DNA of 64,000 bases. Source: the human T2T-CHM13v2.0 reference genome, Homo sapiens. The notes beneath the pieces are model-generated. The model was not told the DNA's origin and did not search any database. It saw nothing but the letters and a program-made list of their open reading frames with translations. The position numbers were made by a program, and so were the translations under genes. The first letter of the stretch is position 1; every line of letters starts with the position of its first letter. The stretch lies in NCBI RefSeq assembly GCF_009914755.1, contig NC_060939.1; one strand, written 5' to 3'. Below, in pieces: positions 27,580 to 39,760 of this stretch.

Positions 27580-27790
27580 ATCCTGGGTTTAAATCACTGT
27601 TCTGCCACTTACTAGCTATGTGACCTTGAGCAAGAGGCTTTATCTCATTAAACCTCCTCTAAAACCAGAGATAATAATAGTATCTATGTCCTAAGTACAA
27701 CTGTGACTCTTCGGTATACAATGCATGTCAAGTGCTTAGCGTAATGCCTTGCACCCAGTATATACTAATTAAATGGTAGCATCTATTATT
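27580..27790 (+). mobile_element. MIR SINE
   Basis: ctgccacttactagctatgtgaccttgagcaag. Confidence 0.8.
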
Positions 27791-30700
27791 GTCATCAGTG
27801 TTATTAGTAATTTCTTAGGGTGTACAAACTATTGGTGAGGATCATGGCATTCATCAGCTCTACCCACATTTGCCAACATCAACTCTCCTAGTCAGCCAAA
27901 ACTTTTGCCACTGAGCTTCACTTAAGCAAGCAAAGAAAACATGTTTTCCTGGGGAAAATGAATCTAGAGCTTCACCATCCGCATTTGGTGCATTAGAAAT
28001 ATTCCAAAAGGAAAAGCAACAGAGAGGCTGGATTTGCACATTTCTTTCAAACTGCTGCCTGATTCCCTTCACTCTTCCTGACTGCATTGTTAACAAGTCC
28101 TCTCGGCCTCAGCTGTCCCTGTGTGACTACAGTAGTGCCACTCACATTTCTCAGGGGTTGGTGTGGGGAGAGGCCTCGCTGCCCCGGTGGAGCTGCCCAA
28201 GGGACATACATTCATTGGTTTGCTTCTTTATTCATTCGCTTCAAATTTATTTTACTGTGCTGGGTGTAGAGGTAACACAGGATATTAATACCTAGCCTTT
28301 TCGTTAAGGGGCTCACCATCTTGGACCCCAGTTTTGAAGATACTGGAGAGGCAAGAGTTTGGGGGCTGGGAAATCTGAGAGTTTAAAAAAAAAAAATCCA
28401 AGCAAAGATGGTGAATGGATTCGTAGGGTGATAGAGGGGAGAAGGGGGTACTCAGCTGGCCAGGGATGAAGCTTTAGTTGGTATGAAGTTTCTAAGCTCA
28501 TTCCTGTTCTGAGTGGGTCCTTTCTAAACATAACTCCTCGACTATAAATCCCTTTTACTCCAGGGATCATTCCATAAGAAGCGTAGCCCTGGCTGGCTTT
28601 GCAGTTTTCTCCCTCACACCATGCAGCTATTATTGGGCACGGAGCAGGCTGTATGCACTAGGAAGTGAGTGTGTCTCTTGGTGCCCTGGTGCCCCTTGAA
28701 CAAACACAGTCCCAGGAACAACTGGACTTCTGTGCAAGCTGAACTTCTGTTTCTACTTCTGTGCAAGCTGAACAAAGGCACCAGCCTACTTTTCCCAGGT
28801 CCGGGAAAGACTCCAGTGCACCGTGATGCTGAAGACGGAGGTGCTTCCCTTGGCCTTGGGTCCAGGTGACCATAATTCATGTGCAGAAACTGGCATGACC
28901 CTTTATAGAACAGTAGATTCCACTGGGGCGAAATTACTGGCAGCTGTGCTTTTCTTGTCAAACACTGGCTTGGGAGAGCCAAAAATAGATGGTCCTGGGA
29001 CCAGTCTGGGTTCAGGAAGTGGCATGAGCAAGTTGCCTCCCCCTTAGGGAGAGTGTGCCACATTCCTCAGAGTGACAGGCAGCCTGGGAGGGCAAAGAGC
29101 AGGGCAGTGGCCAGGCTGGGGTGGGATGATTCGGATGCCTGGCCTTCCGGCTGCCATGGTCCTTCTCCCACCAGCCAGACCCTCCTTGCTCTGCCAGCCA
29201 GGGGCTCCCATTTCTCCCTGCTCCTTTGTGCCATGGCTCACCTCTGACTATGACACTTCTTGCTCAGAAAGCTCCATGGGACATCATCGCTGGGCAAAGA
29301 AAGTGTAAACTCGTCCTGTGAGGCCCCTCGGAATCCGCGCGTATCTCATCTCATCTCTCTTTAGACTCCGCTTCATGCCCTTTATGCTCCAGCCACTCCA
29401 GACTCCAGCTTGACATTCCCCCAAAATGCCCACGTTTTCCCACCTCATGGCTTTTTCCTCTAGTTCTTCCCATCCTGCAGAGTGCTTCCTACCTGTGCGC
29501 ATTCCATAAGTCCTTCAAGGACCAGCTCACATTATGTATGGTGATCGTAACATTTATCATCTAAACAAGGATTTTTTCGGAAAAAATTTCACAAACTACC
29601 CCTCCCTTTGGGCCGTGAGGTCATGCAGTCACCCAATCCGAAAACCCTTTACAAAGAGGACTGTATCCCTCCTTGTCTGGCTCTCTCAATTTTTTCTTGT
29701 TGGAAAGGTTGTCACAGATCCCCCTGCCACAGAGTGTGGACATCAGGGTAGACACTTAGTTTCTGCTCCAGGTTCTAAGCTCCCTGAGAACAGACACAGT
29801 GCCCAGTGAGTCTTGTCCCCTTACCAGTGGCATGTACAACCCGTTGCCCAAAGTTGATGCCCATGGACCCTCAAAGCAGCTGCTTGCTGGTGAGCACGCT
29901 TTGATGCTGCATGGCTGCATGCTTACATGCCTTCTTCTGTCCCCAGCACCACTTGTTGAAGTTATGCACATCATTGCAGGAGAGGGGCGTGCCCACAGCT
30001 GCAAAGTCCTTGGCGTGCAAGGTGAGGACTCTGCTTCAGCCAGCATGCCAGATTCTGGCCCTCAGGCAGCTGCCCAAAGAGCTCTTGCCAATGCCGTGGC
30101 TCTTGCTAATATTTGATGATTGTCAGAGAGGGACCACCTATGGGTCATGCCGGCCACACATTCCTTTAGGCAAGAAACCCAGAGTGTGGCTTCTTATTTT
30201 GCATCAAGTTAAGTCACTTAGCAATCAGGGCAGGGCCCTAGTTTTAAGATGGCTTAGCCCACACTGGAGTGTCTAGTTAAGTAACAGGTTCACAGTCCAG
30301 CCTTGGCTCTGGGGAGGGCTTGTAGGCGAAAGAGTTGTAGTTTCTTTCGACAAATCTGCATTTGCTATAAGAGCTAATTAAAGATTCCTTTAAGGGTTCA
30401 TAAGATTGATCTCCAGTTAAGCAGTATTTTCAACTCTTTTTCTTCCTTAGCTGGAGAATCCTTGGTTCAAACAACATCTTGGGTGGACATTCCAAAATGA
30501 GAAACAACCAAGTCAAGCTTTTCTGGGCAAAAGCAGTGTTAGGGCTTGAAGTTCTGTGCCCTTGCCACGGGCTCCCTCTATAGAGTTTCTGAGAAAACAC
30601 CTTGAAAATCACTGCTCTAGAGTTTAATAAGGAAGATGCGTGTCCTGGAATCACAAGTGATTTGAGTTGCTGACAAGTGATTTGAGTGAAGCACAGGCTA

Positions 30701-31439
30701 AGATGGGTGGGAGGACAGGTGTTGCACACCAGCCCTACAGGAGGTGTTTAATGGATGCTGGTGGGTGGGGAGCTGCACGGGCTTGCCCAAGGCCACTCAG
30801 CTCCATTATAAGTCTCCCAAGCCCAGGCCTGTGAATTACACCCAGCAAGGGGATCAGGACCCTCTCCAGGGATGCCTTCCCTGCATCACCTCCACCCCAA
30901 ACTCCCAGGAACTGAGGGAGTCTGTCCCTTTACGGAATGGCAGCCCCTGCTTGGGCTATGGGAGCAGCAGTAAGAGACTGACCTCATCCAAAGTGGATGA
31001 TCCTCTCCAGGTATCCCTTGGTCTTATTTCCATTAAGCTGGAGATGGGAGTAGTCAGAAGTAGCAGTCACATTTTAACAAGCTATGTTTTACAAGATACA
31101 CTTGACCTTTGCTGTAGTGATCAATAACTGAGCATGTACCCTATGCCAGGCATGGCCCTATATGCTGTGCACACACACATTATCTCATTTCATTTTTACA
31201 GCGTTCCCACTTTATAAAGGCTGTTCCAATTAAGAATTTTAACAAGAAGGCTTGGTGCATTTCTTGCATCTTTTTGTTAAAGTATGACCCTGAGAATTAC
31301 CCGAGTGGGAGGCTATTTATTTCTAGAGAAGTTCTCTCTGGCATCCCCAGGAGGAGAGCCAGGTCCATATCCTTTATCCCCATCCCTTGTTTGGCCTGAT
31401 GGAGGGTGTCTGGCCCTACCTAAACGAGCCTTGGAAGGT

Positions 31440-32260
31440 TTCACTTCAATTCCAACTTAATCTTTAATTGACTGTCCCGGACAGATTGAGAACTGAAATC
31501 CATCAGAACGAAGCATGAGGCTGAATTTCTCCTGAGAGCTCAGCTCACTTTTACAAGTAAATTACTTACATCTTCCTTGAGGCAGTAAAAGCGCATTTGT
31601 TTGGTTGTGGTGTGGGGAGGCCACGGGGACTGTAACTCTGTGAAAATCAGTGTTTAAAATGTGTGACAAAAAGCAATAAAATCATGTTGATCGGCATACA
31701 AGAGATCAACGTGGAATGTGCCCTGGTAGCAGAAACAGGGTGGAGGAAAGTTGGAATTCACAAACATGTTTATAGATCTCTGGTTTTCTAAGTCCAGTTA
31801 GAAGATATTCAACCCATGTCACATTCCTGGACCATAACATTGCTCTGATGTTGATCTAGAAGCTGCCATCTATTGTACAGTTGAATCCGTCTATGGTAAC
31901 TAGGCTAATCAATCAAGGAGGAAAATCAAGACAGGGAGCTTGTGAGAGTGGATGTGGTTTCTGGTCACAAGGCTTCCAGGTCAGCGCTGTACCTCTGACC
32001 CTCCCCAACCAAACAAGGGTTCTGTTTATCCAGACCAGGGGGCCACCAGGTCAGATTTGCAGTCGGTTATTCCCACTGAGGAGAGGGGTTTGTGCTTTCC
32101 TGTTTAATTGCTTGTCTGGCCAAGCCATGAGTTGCAGGGTCCACCTCTTTGTTGGCCTTTTCCAGGAGGCGGTAGTGGGAACTCAGTGCGATGACATAAA
32201 TCCTCTTTCCAGACTATTACTCAAGGTTTGAAGGGAGATAAAGTTAAATTTAACCTCCCA
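31440..32260. promoter_or_regulatory. Candidate enhancer / cryptic exon block
   Basis: Repeat-free; TGATTGATTA (minus, 31906-31915), GCAATAAAA, CTCF-like ACAATAGATGGCAG (minus, 31863-31876), donor CAG|GTCAGC at 31979. Confidence 0.4.
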
Positions 32261-32899
32261 CTTCAGCTATTTTCACAAGAAAAATAAAAATTTAAAGCAG
32301 ATTTCCTGGTGATTCCATCATCTTTCTTATCGGAGATTTACAAATAATTCTAAAAGTTGAGAATTTCTGCAAAGTCTGGATACCCTTGAACCTTTTTCCT
32401 GAGAGATAAGATGATGTATTTATGCACATACATTCAGATAAGAGGTTCCAAATGTTTCTGCTTAAACCTCATCGGTAAAGGTTGTGATAAGTACCAACAA
32501 TACTTTATCAATTTTATACTTGTATTCTTTGATAACATAGAAGGCATATTATAAAATAATCAAACGTACATAAAAAGAGGAGATAAAGGTGAAATAAACA
32601 GTATTGTAAAATGTCTTACTAGCCCTGATGGCTTTATACTGTCATCGGCTGATATCTCAAGACATAGAGATATTTAGAGTCACTTAGAGTGACATTTATT
32701 ATTAATGATTTTGAGTATAAATCCATATTTCCAGTTATTTTATCCATCATTTCACATTTGTTTGCTGAATTGTCATTGCTTTTCAACTTTATGGTAGGGC
32801 TGACAAAAGCTTTTACTAGGGGAATGAGAGGCCCTGCCATTTTTTGGTGTTGTGTTTGTATTATTATCTTCAACTCACACTTTTTTTTGCAGTAATCTT

Positions 32900-33600
32900 T
32901 TTTTAAGTGAAATTTTTTCTTAAGTAGATCATACATAGAGAGAAGCACATAAGTGCTTCATCTCAGATCATAAGTGAACAACATGAATTTTCACAAAATT
33001 TACACACTCATATGACCACCACCCAGATCAAGGGATAGAACATTCCCAAAGCCCCCATCGTGGCTCTCCAAGTCACTCCCACCCTCTTCTTTCCCAAAGT
33101 AACGCCCAAAGTAACCTCTCTTTTGATATCTGTTACCTTTTATTACTTTTGCCTGTGTTTGAGCTTTATGTGAATGAAATGATGGCATCTATTCTCTGGT
33201 GTCTGGCTGCTTTTGCAGTACATTCTCTTTGTTGGATTGATCCATGTTGTCACATGTAGTTGTAGTTTATTCTGTTTAAGTGCAGCACTCCATTCTGTGA
33301 CAGCCCCGTTTCATTATTCCTTCTACTATTGAGGGCATTTGTGTAGTGTCCAGTTTGTGGCTATCATGAATAGTGTCTCTGTGAGCATTACTGTCCCTGG
33401 GTTTTGGTGAACATATGCCCACATTTATGTGGGATGCGCACCTAGGAGTGGAATTGCTGAGTCATGAGGTATGTTCATTGTTAGTAATACTGCCCAAAAG
33501 TGTCAGTGTACGTTTCCTAATGAGCACGGGTTGAGGAGCAGTTCCACGCTCACCAACACTTGGTATTAGTGTCGTCTTTTTAGCTTTAGCTGTTCTGGTG
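32900..33600 (-). mobile_element. Old L1M 3' fragment
   Basis: accaccacccagatcaag...tccagtttgtggctat...cctaggagtggaattgctgagtca. Confidence 0.75.
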
Positions 33601-35224
33601 GATACTGTCAGCATGGTCCTTACGTCAGACAATGGGGTCCCTCAGGCCCTGTGTCACAGAGGGCCCTGCACTAGTGCTCCTCAGGAGTGTGCCAGTTCTG
33701 GAGGGTGGTTGCTTGCAAAGGGCCACAGGACCACTTCCAGGGCCTGCTTGTCCTGCAGAAGGTGGCCTGAAGGGGTGGCCAAGAGATGCTTCTCATCAGA
33801 GACAGGACGGAAGGAGGAATGAGTGCACGGAGCTGGTTCCTGTGGGCTTCCTAGTCTACGTGTAGGTGGGGGAGGCCTTCGAGGAGCAGGATGGAGCCCT
33901 GGGTTGGGGGAAGAGGGTGCCATGACCAGGGTATGGCTCTCCCCCTTGTAACAGGCTTCCAGTGCCAAGGAGGCTGGGAATTCCACATTTGGATCTGGTC
34001 CTCTGAGTTTACATTCCCTTGAGGAGCGTGACAAGGTGAAACCAGTGGAGGTGGGCTCTGGGAGCACCTGGTGGGCAGAGGCTGAGTGGCATGGCTTTTT
34101 GAGAGATGAGGGAGTACCTGCTAGCCACCATGCTCGGCCTATATTTGCCCTTTCCTCGGCTACTGTCCAGGTAGGGGTGTGATGGTGGGCAAGCAGCTGA
34201 GCCTGGGTCAGGGGGTAAAGAGCCTCCCTGGCTTCCTGGGGAAGAGGACAAAAGGTGGGTGTTCACCCCATGGGATTCCGGGGAGATAAGATTAGGGAGA
34301 TGGGGAAGTGGCTGTGGGTGCCTATTGGCAGCAGGATCCTTTCCTTCCATCCTTGCCTGCCTCCTAGAGCTCACTGTCCCAAAGAAAGGTAGTATGAGTG
34401 ACAGGTGTCATTTTAATTCTCTAGTAGCCATTTTTTTTTAAAGTATGCAGAAAGAAGTAAAATTCATTTTATGTTGACCTAATAGAGCCAAAATATAATT
34501 TCAGTAAGTGATCAATGTGAACATTACTAGTGAGACGTTTACATTCTTTTAAAAAAAAAAAAAAACTAGGTTTCAAAATCAGATGTGGGTTGACACTTCC
34601 AGCGCACCTCAGTTCAGACCAGCTGCATTGGTTAACCTCCTGGACAGGGCAGCCCCAGAGGGGATCATGGCCTTTGGTGCGAAATGAAGTTAATTTGGGT
34701 TTGTACTCTCCATAGCTATTTAATATGAACTGTTGCTTTTTCATAGTTTTGATTTTGTTATGAAGATATATTTGTAAAAATAGGAAGATAGAACATATTT
34801 TAAGTTTGTTAGGTTGAATTTAAACTTTTAATGTCAAGGCATATGGGGAGAAGGGTATCTCCATTTGTACCTTTGCCCATAAATTCTGGTAGCTGTCAGC
34901 GGTCAAGAGAGAGGAAGGTTGGTGGTGGCCATGGTCAGATGCTGTCCATCTCAGTGTATCCAGGCAGGGACACAGGCAAGGACCATTTCTTACTCATCTT
35001 TGGGGCTTCACAGCCCCAAAGATTCTTTGCAACCTGAGCAGAAGTTGCTTTTTATCGCTTACAGATTTGACATTTTCTAGGAAGGTGATGCAGGTTTTAA
35101 AAACCGTATAGTTGAGAAGAGTGGCAGCAATAATCAGATAATAAGGGAACAAAACCCAGTTCTTTGCGTTGTGTCGGTAGGTGCCACATGAAGGGGGAGC
35201 ATACATCTGCCTTTTTTTCCCCCA

Positions 35225-35390
35225 TATTCCTAGAGCCTAGTGTTCAGTAGGTGCTAATGAATTAACTTGTTTATTCAACACGTATTTACTGAACACCTAT
35301 CATGTGTCAGGTGTCAAGTGATGTATTATGCTCTGGGGATACAACGGTGAACAAGACAAAGTTCTTGCTCTCTTGGAATTTATGTATTAT
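35225..35390. mobile_element. Two L2 3' ends in inverted arrangement
   Basis: + L2 end (cctag..cagtaggtgctaatgaa) abuts - L2 end (ttattcaaca..tatttactgaacacctat...gctctggggatacaacggtgaacaagaca). Confidence 0.7.
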
Positions 35391-35419
35391 TGATGAGAAG
35401 CCTGTTTTGTTAATAATAA

Positions 35420-35717
35420 AGTCAGGCACAGTGGCTCATGCCTGTAATCCCAGCACTTTGGGAGCCTGAGGCAGGTGGATCACCTGAGGTCAGGAGTTCG
35501 AGACCAGCCTAGCCAACATCATGAAACTCCGTCTCTACTAGAAGCTACAAAAATTAGCCGGGTGTGGTGGCGGGCACCTGTAACCCCAGCTGCTAGGGAG
35601 GCTGAGGCAGGGGGAGTTGCTTGAACCCAGGAGGCGGAGGTTGCAGTGAGCTGAGATGGCGCCACTGCACTCCAGCCTGGGCGACAGAGCGAGACTTTGT
35701 CTAAAAAAAAAAAAAAA
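35420..35717 (+). mobile_element. AluSx-like
   Basis: Full dimer; TSD-like taataataa. Confidence 0.93.
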
Positions 35718-36080
35718 GATAATAATAATTAATTGTGGTCGCAGCTCAAATGACATTCTGACATTTGATGGATTCTCAAAGAGCTCAGAAGAAAAATAGC
35801 AGTTTTCCTGAGTCTTAAAAGATATAATCAGTCAGCAGGCACAAGGGATATTTAAATACCTAAAGGAGGGGTCCTCGTGGCCACGTGGAGGATGTGGGAT
35901 TTGCCGGCAAAGGATTAAGGGAATCCATTCAAGAACACTTGTGTCAAATTTATTTTGATTTACAAACCCATGTCTGTACCATTCTTTGTCACCTGACAGA
36001 TAATTGTGTTTTATCACTTACAGATGCAGGCTTTTCTAGGGGCTGATAGCAAGGAGATATACTTTTGAAAAATGGCGTAG

Positions 36081-36314
36081 GGTTGGGTGCGGTGGTGCAC
36101 GCCTATAATTCTAGCACTTGGGCAGGCCAAGGCGGCTGGATCGCTTGAGCTCAGGAGTTTAAGACCAGCCTGGGCAATGTGGCGAAACCTCGTCTCTACA
36201 AAAAAAATAAGCCGGGCATGGTGGGGGGAGGAGGAGGCTGCAGTGAGCCGTGATTGCACCACTGCACTCCAGCCTGGGTGACAGAGTGAGGCCCTGTCGC
36301 AATCAATCAATAAA
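36081..36314 (+). mobile_element. AluJ with right-arm deletion and (CAAT)n tail
   Basis: gatcgcttgagctcaggag (J-type); ~60 bp missing after ggcatggtgg. Confidence 0.85.
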
Positions 36315-36548
36315 GACATAGATGAGAAGTGTAGCATCATTAATGAAATAACAAGTGAACGTAATAAATTAACATTTAAAAATAAAACTAATTTTATTTT
36401 TAAATGTTATTTTATTTTATTTAAAGAAATTAAAAATTCAGTGAGCCCAAGGAAAACTTGATTACATGGGATGGTTCAGCATGAGACACGATAAAAAGGA
36501 AACGTGCAGATCAATTAGTAAAATAATCAAAATCCTGTGGGTCCTTTT

Positions 36549-36731
36549 CAGTGGTTTTTGAACTTGAGGGGAATAAGAATCACCTGGAGGGCTTGTTCCA
36601 CCACAGATTGCTGGTCACTGTGCTTATAGTTTGTAATAACTCTAAGGTGGAGCCTGAAAATTTGCAGTCCTAACAAGTTCCCAGGTGATGCTGATGCTGC
36701 TGGTCCAGGAACCAGGCTTTGAAAATTCACA
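36549..36731 (+). mobile_element. MER5A
   Basis: agaatcacctggagggcttg...taacaagttcccaggtgatgctgatgctgctggtcc. Confidence 0.85.
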
Positions 36732-38451
36732 GGTTTATTTCATTGCATCACTCATATATGCACACAACAGCTTTATGCTTCAGTTTCATACAGTTAACGC
36801 AAGGACAGACCATAAATCCTACTAATGCAGAGCGAGGTAGGATACAGTCCAATCATGGCTGCAAAAAGAATGAGGGGAAAAGCACATCAACTATGTGTAC
36901 AGTTTTCATCTCTCTCTCATACTTAACTTGGTGTCCTTGACTAGTTTGGCCAGTCTCTTGTGTCTCCTTGTGGGGATATCAAAATTAGGCTCTCCGTAAC
37001 CTGACTCTTCTTGAATTGGTTCATCTCCTGACACTGCCCTTTTCCTGCAGAAACTACAGGGACCATCACTCGCAGATAAGCCCATTGCTGTTTATTCCAC
37101 TGTGCCTTCGCATAAGTGTCCTCTATTAACCTGCCGCAAATGTGTGTTCTTGCTTAGGACCCCACTCAGCTGCCACCTCCTCTTTAGGCTCTTGTCTTCT
37201 CTATCTTCCCTGTTCCATCTTCTTTCTGTACCTTATATGGACTCCTGCTGCAGCCCTTAACGTACTGTATTATAATCTGTAACATACATAGTCCCCTTCC
37301 TATCGTGTGAGCAACTCTGGGGCATCAGCCTTACCTTCTGCAGTTTTGTGGCCCCCGTTTCCAGCCCACATGTGAGCAGATACTTATGGATTGTATGTCC
37401 GTAGTAAATATGGATTGCGTGATTGAATGATTTAGTAAAAAACATTCCAGATCTCTCAGTCTATAAAAATGAATAGGATGCAATCACAACCAATAACAAG
37501 AACATAGAGGGCTCAAATAACTGATATTTGGAAAAGAGTTGCAGAGTCATGGTACAAATAAGACCATAATGAGAAGTCCTGAGCTTTCCATTACCTCGTT
37601 GCTCTGCATCACAGGCAAGTCCACATTTGGCTCTACTTAGATTAATCATTTCGTGGAAGAACCAAAGTATTATTTAGCTACTAATAAAAAGCAATTTGCT
37701 GATACCAACTCAGGGACATGAATATCACAAAATAGTTATCCATAAGCATCTGTCATCTCCATTATATTTTAGTCACAGTGATAGATTATCAAATGAATTA
37801 GAGGACAGAATTAGTCTGAATCCTCAGTTCTAACATAATCACTTGGGGAAATATTTGCCAAGAGAGTAGAAAGATTATGAGAATGAAAACTTCTTCCATT
37901 TGCCTTGAAAAGATTAGCTGTAGAATCCTAATCATCTAGAATATTTCAAAATCCACTGTCAGATGACCCATGAGCTCAGTCCATGTAGTGTATTTTCAAA
38001 TGCATTGCTTACCACTTCTATCCTTCGCATACCATAGATTTTTAAAATGATGGCGGGAGGGCGGAAGAGATGGTGCTTTAAGATGAGGGAAATGGGCAGT
38101 TTTTTTCTTTGGAGGCAGTCACTGAATAGTGGGACTATTTACAATGTAGGGCACGGAAAGGCAGCATTTATTTTGAAGAAATGTCAGAGCTAGAGTTTTG
38201 TGAAATTGCTTTTAATAGATTTTTGTTCTTCTTTCTCATGCAACTTTGCCAGAATTAAAGCAATGCTCTTATGACAAGAGGAGCACCAGGGCCACTGTGG
38301 GTTCTAGCAAAGAACTGGTGTTACTTAGTGCCTGCTGTTGGCTGCTTCTCTGGGAAGCCTGGTTTCCTACATTTCACTCTCTCAGCACACCTCCCTCTTG
38401 ACTCTGACCATCCTTCTCAGACTCCTGAACTGGTTTCATTTCATCTCTCTT

Positions 38452-38529
38452 CCTCTTGCCTCTGGGTGTCCTTAAGGCACTGTTCTTAACCCTCTTGCCT
38501 CTGGGTGTTCCTAGGGCACTGTTCTTAAC
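38452..38529. repeat. 39-bp tandem duplication
   Basis: cctcttgcctctgggtgt......ggcactgttcttaac x2, 3 mismatches. Confidence 0.93.
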
Positions 38530-39047
38530 CTCCAACTTCTTCCAGTATATACTCAGTTGTGTATTACCAAATGCCCCTGGGACGTTTCCACTTAGATGTT
38601 CAGCCTCAAGAAAAAAAAAAAAATCCCTATGTTGAGCACATCTGCTTGAAACCCTCCTGCCTTTCCAGATATTTTCTCTAATTTGGACATACCATGATCA
38701 GACCCTTCCTGACGCATTTGCTGTTGCCTAGAATGCCCCCTGCCATCCCCCATTCTAGAATACAGCTCTTAAACTCAAATGCCTCCAGAAGCGAGGAGAG
38801 GAATTTGCATGTGTGTTGCTGGCTGGGAATAGGGTGCAAAATGGCAGCTGACCTTGGCCTCAGTGTTGAGGAGCAGTAGAGCCCGTGGGGACAGTGAAGA
38901 GCTGGGGAGCTGGTGCAGCAGCAAAGCGGGCACTTCCTACTAAGCACCAGGCCATCCTTGCCATGTAGGTGTGTGGGCCCAGTGTTACCAGATTTCTTTA
39001 TTTTTAAAAAGAATGCAGGGTATGTTTGTTTTTAATTGCCTGATTTT

Positions 39048-39329
39048 GGCCAAGTGCAATGGCTCACGCCTGTAATCCCAATACTTTGGGAGGCTGAGGT
39101 GGGAGGATTGTTTGAGCCCAGAAGTTCGAGACCAGCCTGGGTAGCATAGTAAGATTCTGTGTCTACAAAAAAATCAAAAAATTAGGCAGGGTGGTGTGCA
39201 CCTATGGTCCTAGCTACTCAGGAGGCTGAGGTGGGGGATCACTTGAACCCAGGAGATCTGCAGTGAGCCATGATGGCACTACTGCACTCTAGTGTGGGCA
39301 ACAGAACGAAACCATGTCTCAAAAAAAAA
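39048..39329 (+). mobile_element. AluJ
   Basis: ggattgtttgagcccagaag (J-type); TSD aattgcc(tg/ca)atttt. Confidence 0.92.
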
Positions 39330-39474
39330 AATTGCCCAATTTTATATGTGTTAACAGTTGTTTGAAATTAAAATCACCTTTTAGGCTAACATTGTGCAGA
39401 TCATACAAACTGTGTCTGTTAGTCCTGTGTGGGCCTCAGCTGCCAGTGTACAATTTCTGATTTAGAACATCTGG

Positions 39475-39760
39475 CTCAGTGCCATCCAGTAGACATACGC
39501 AAGACATTTGAGTGATCTAAAATTTTCTAGTAGCCATGTTTCAAAAGTTAAAAGAGAACAGATGAAATTAATTTTAATATTTTTAATTTAGTCAAGATTT
39601 CCCAAATATCATTTCAACATGTGTAACCAATAAGAAAAATCACTAATGAGAGATTTCACATTCTGTTTTTGCATGTAAGTCTTTATGCTTTACAAAACTA
39701 AACGCACATCTCAATTTAGACTAGCCGCATATGACTAGTGGCTGCTGTCCCGCGCAGCCC
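39475..39760. mobile_element. MER3/MER33-like hAT-Charlie
   Basis: aaattttctagtagcca...gaaattaattttaata...gcacatctcaatttagactagcc. Confidence 0.65.

Noticed and set aside
32030-32048. CTCF-like GACCAGGGGGCCAC (also 23558, 25189, 52205, 53230)
   Set aside because: Missing key core positions or inside a MIR; expected by chance in 64 kb
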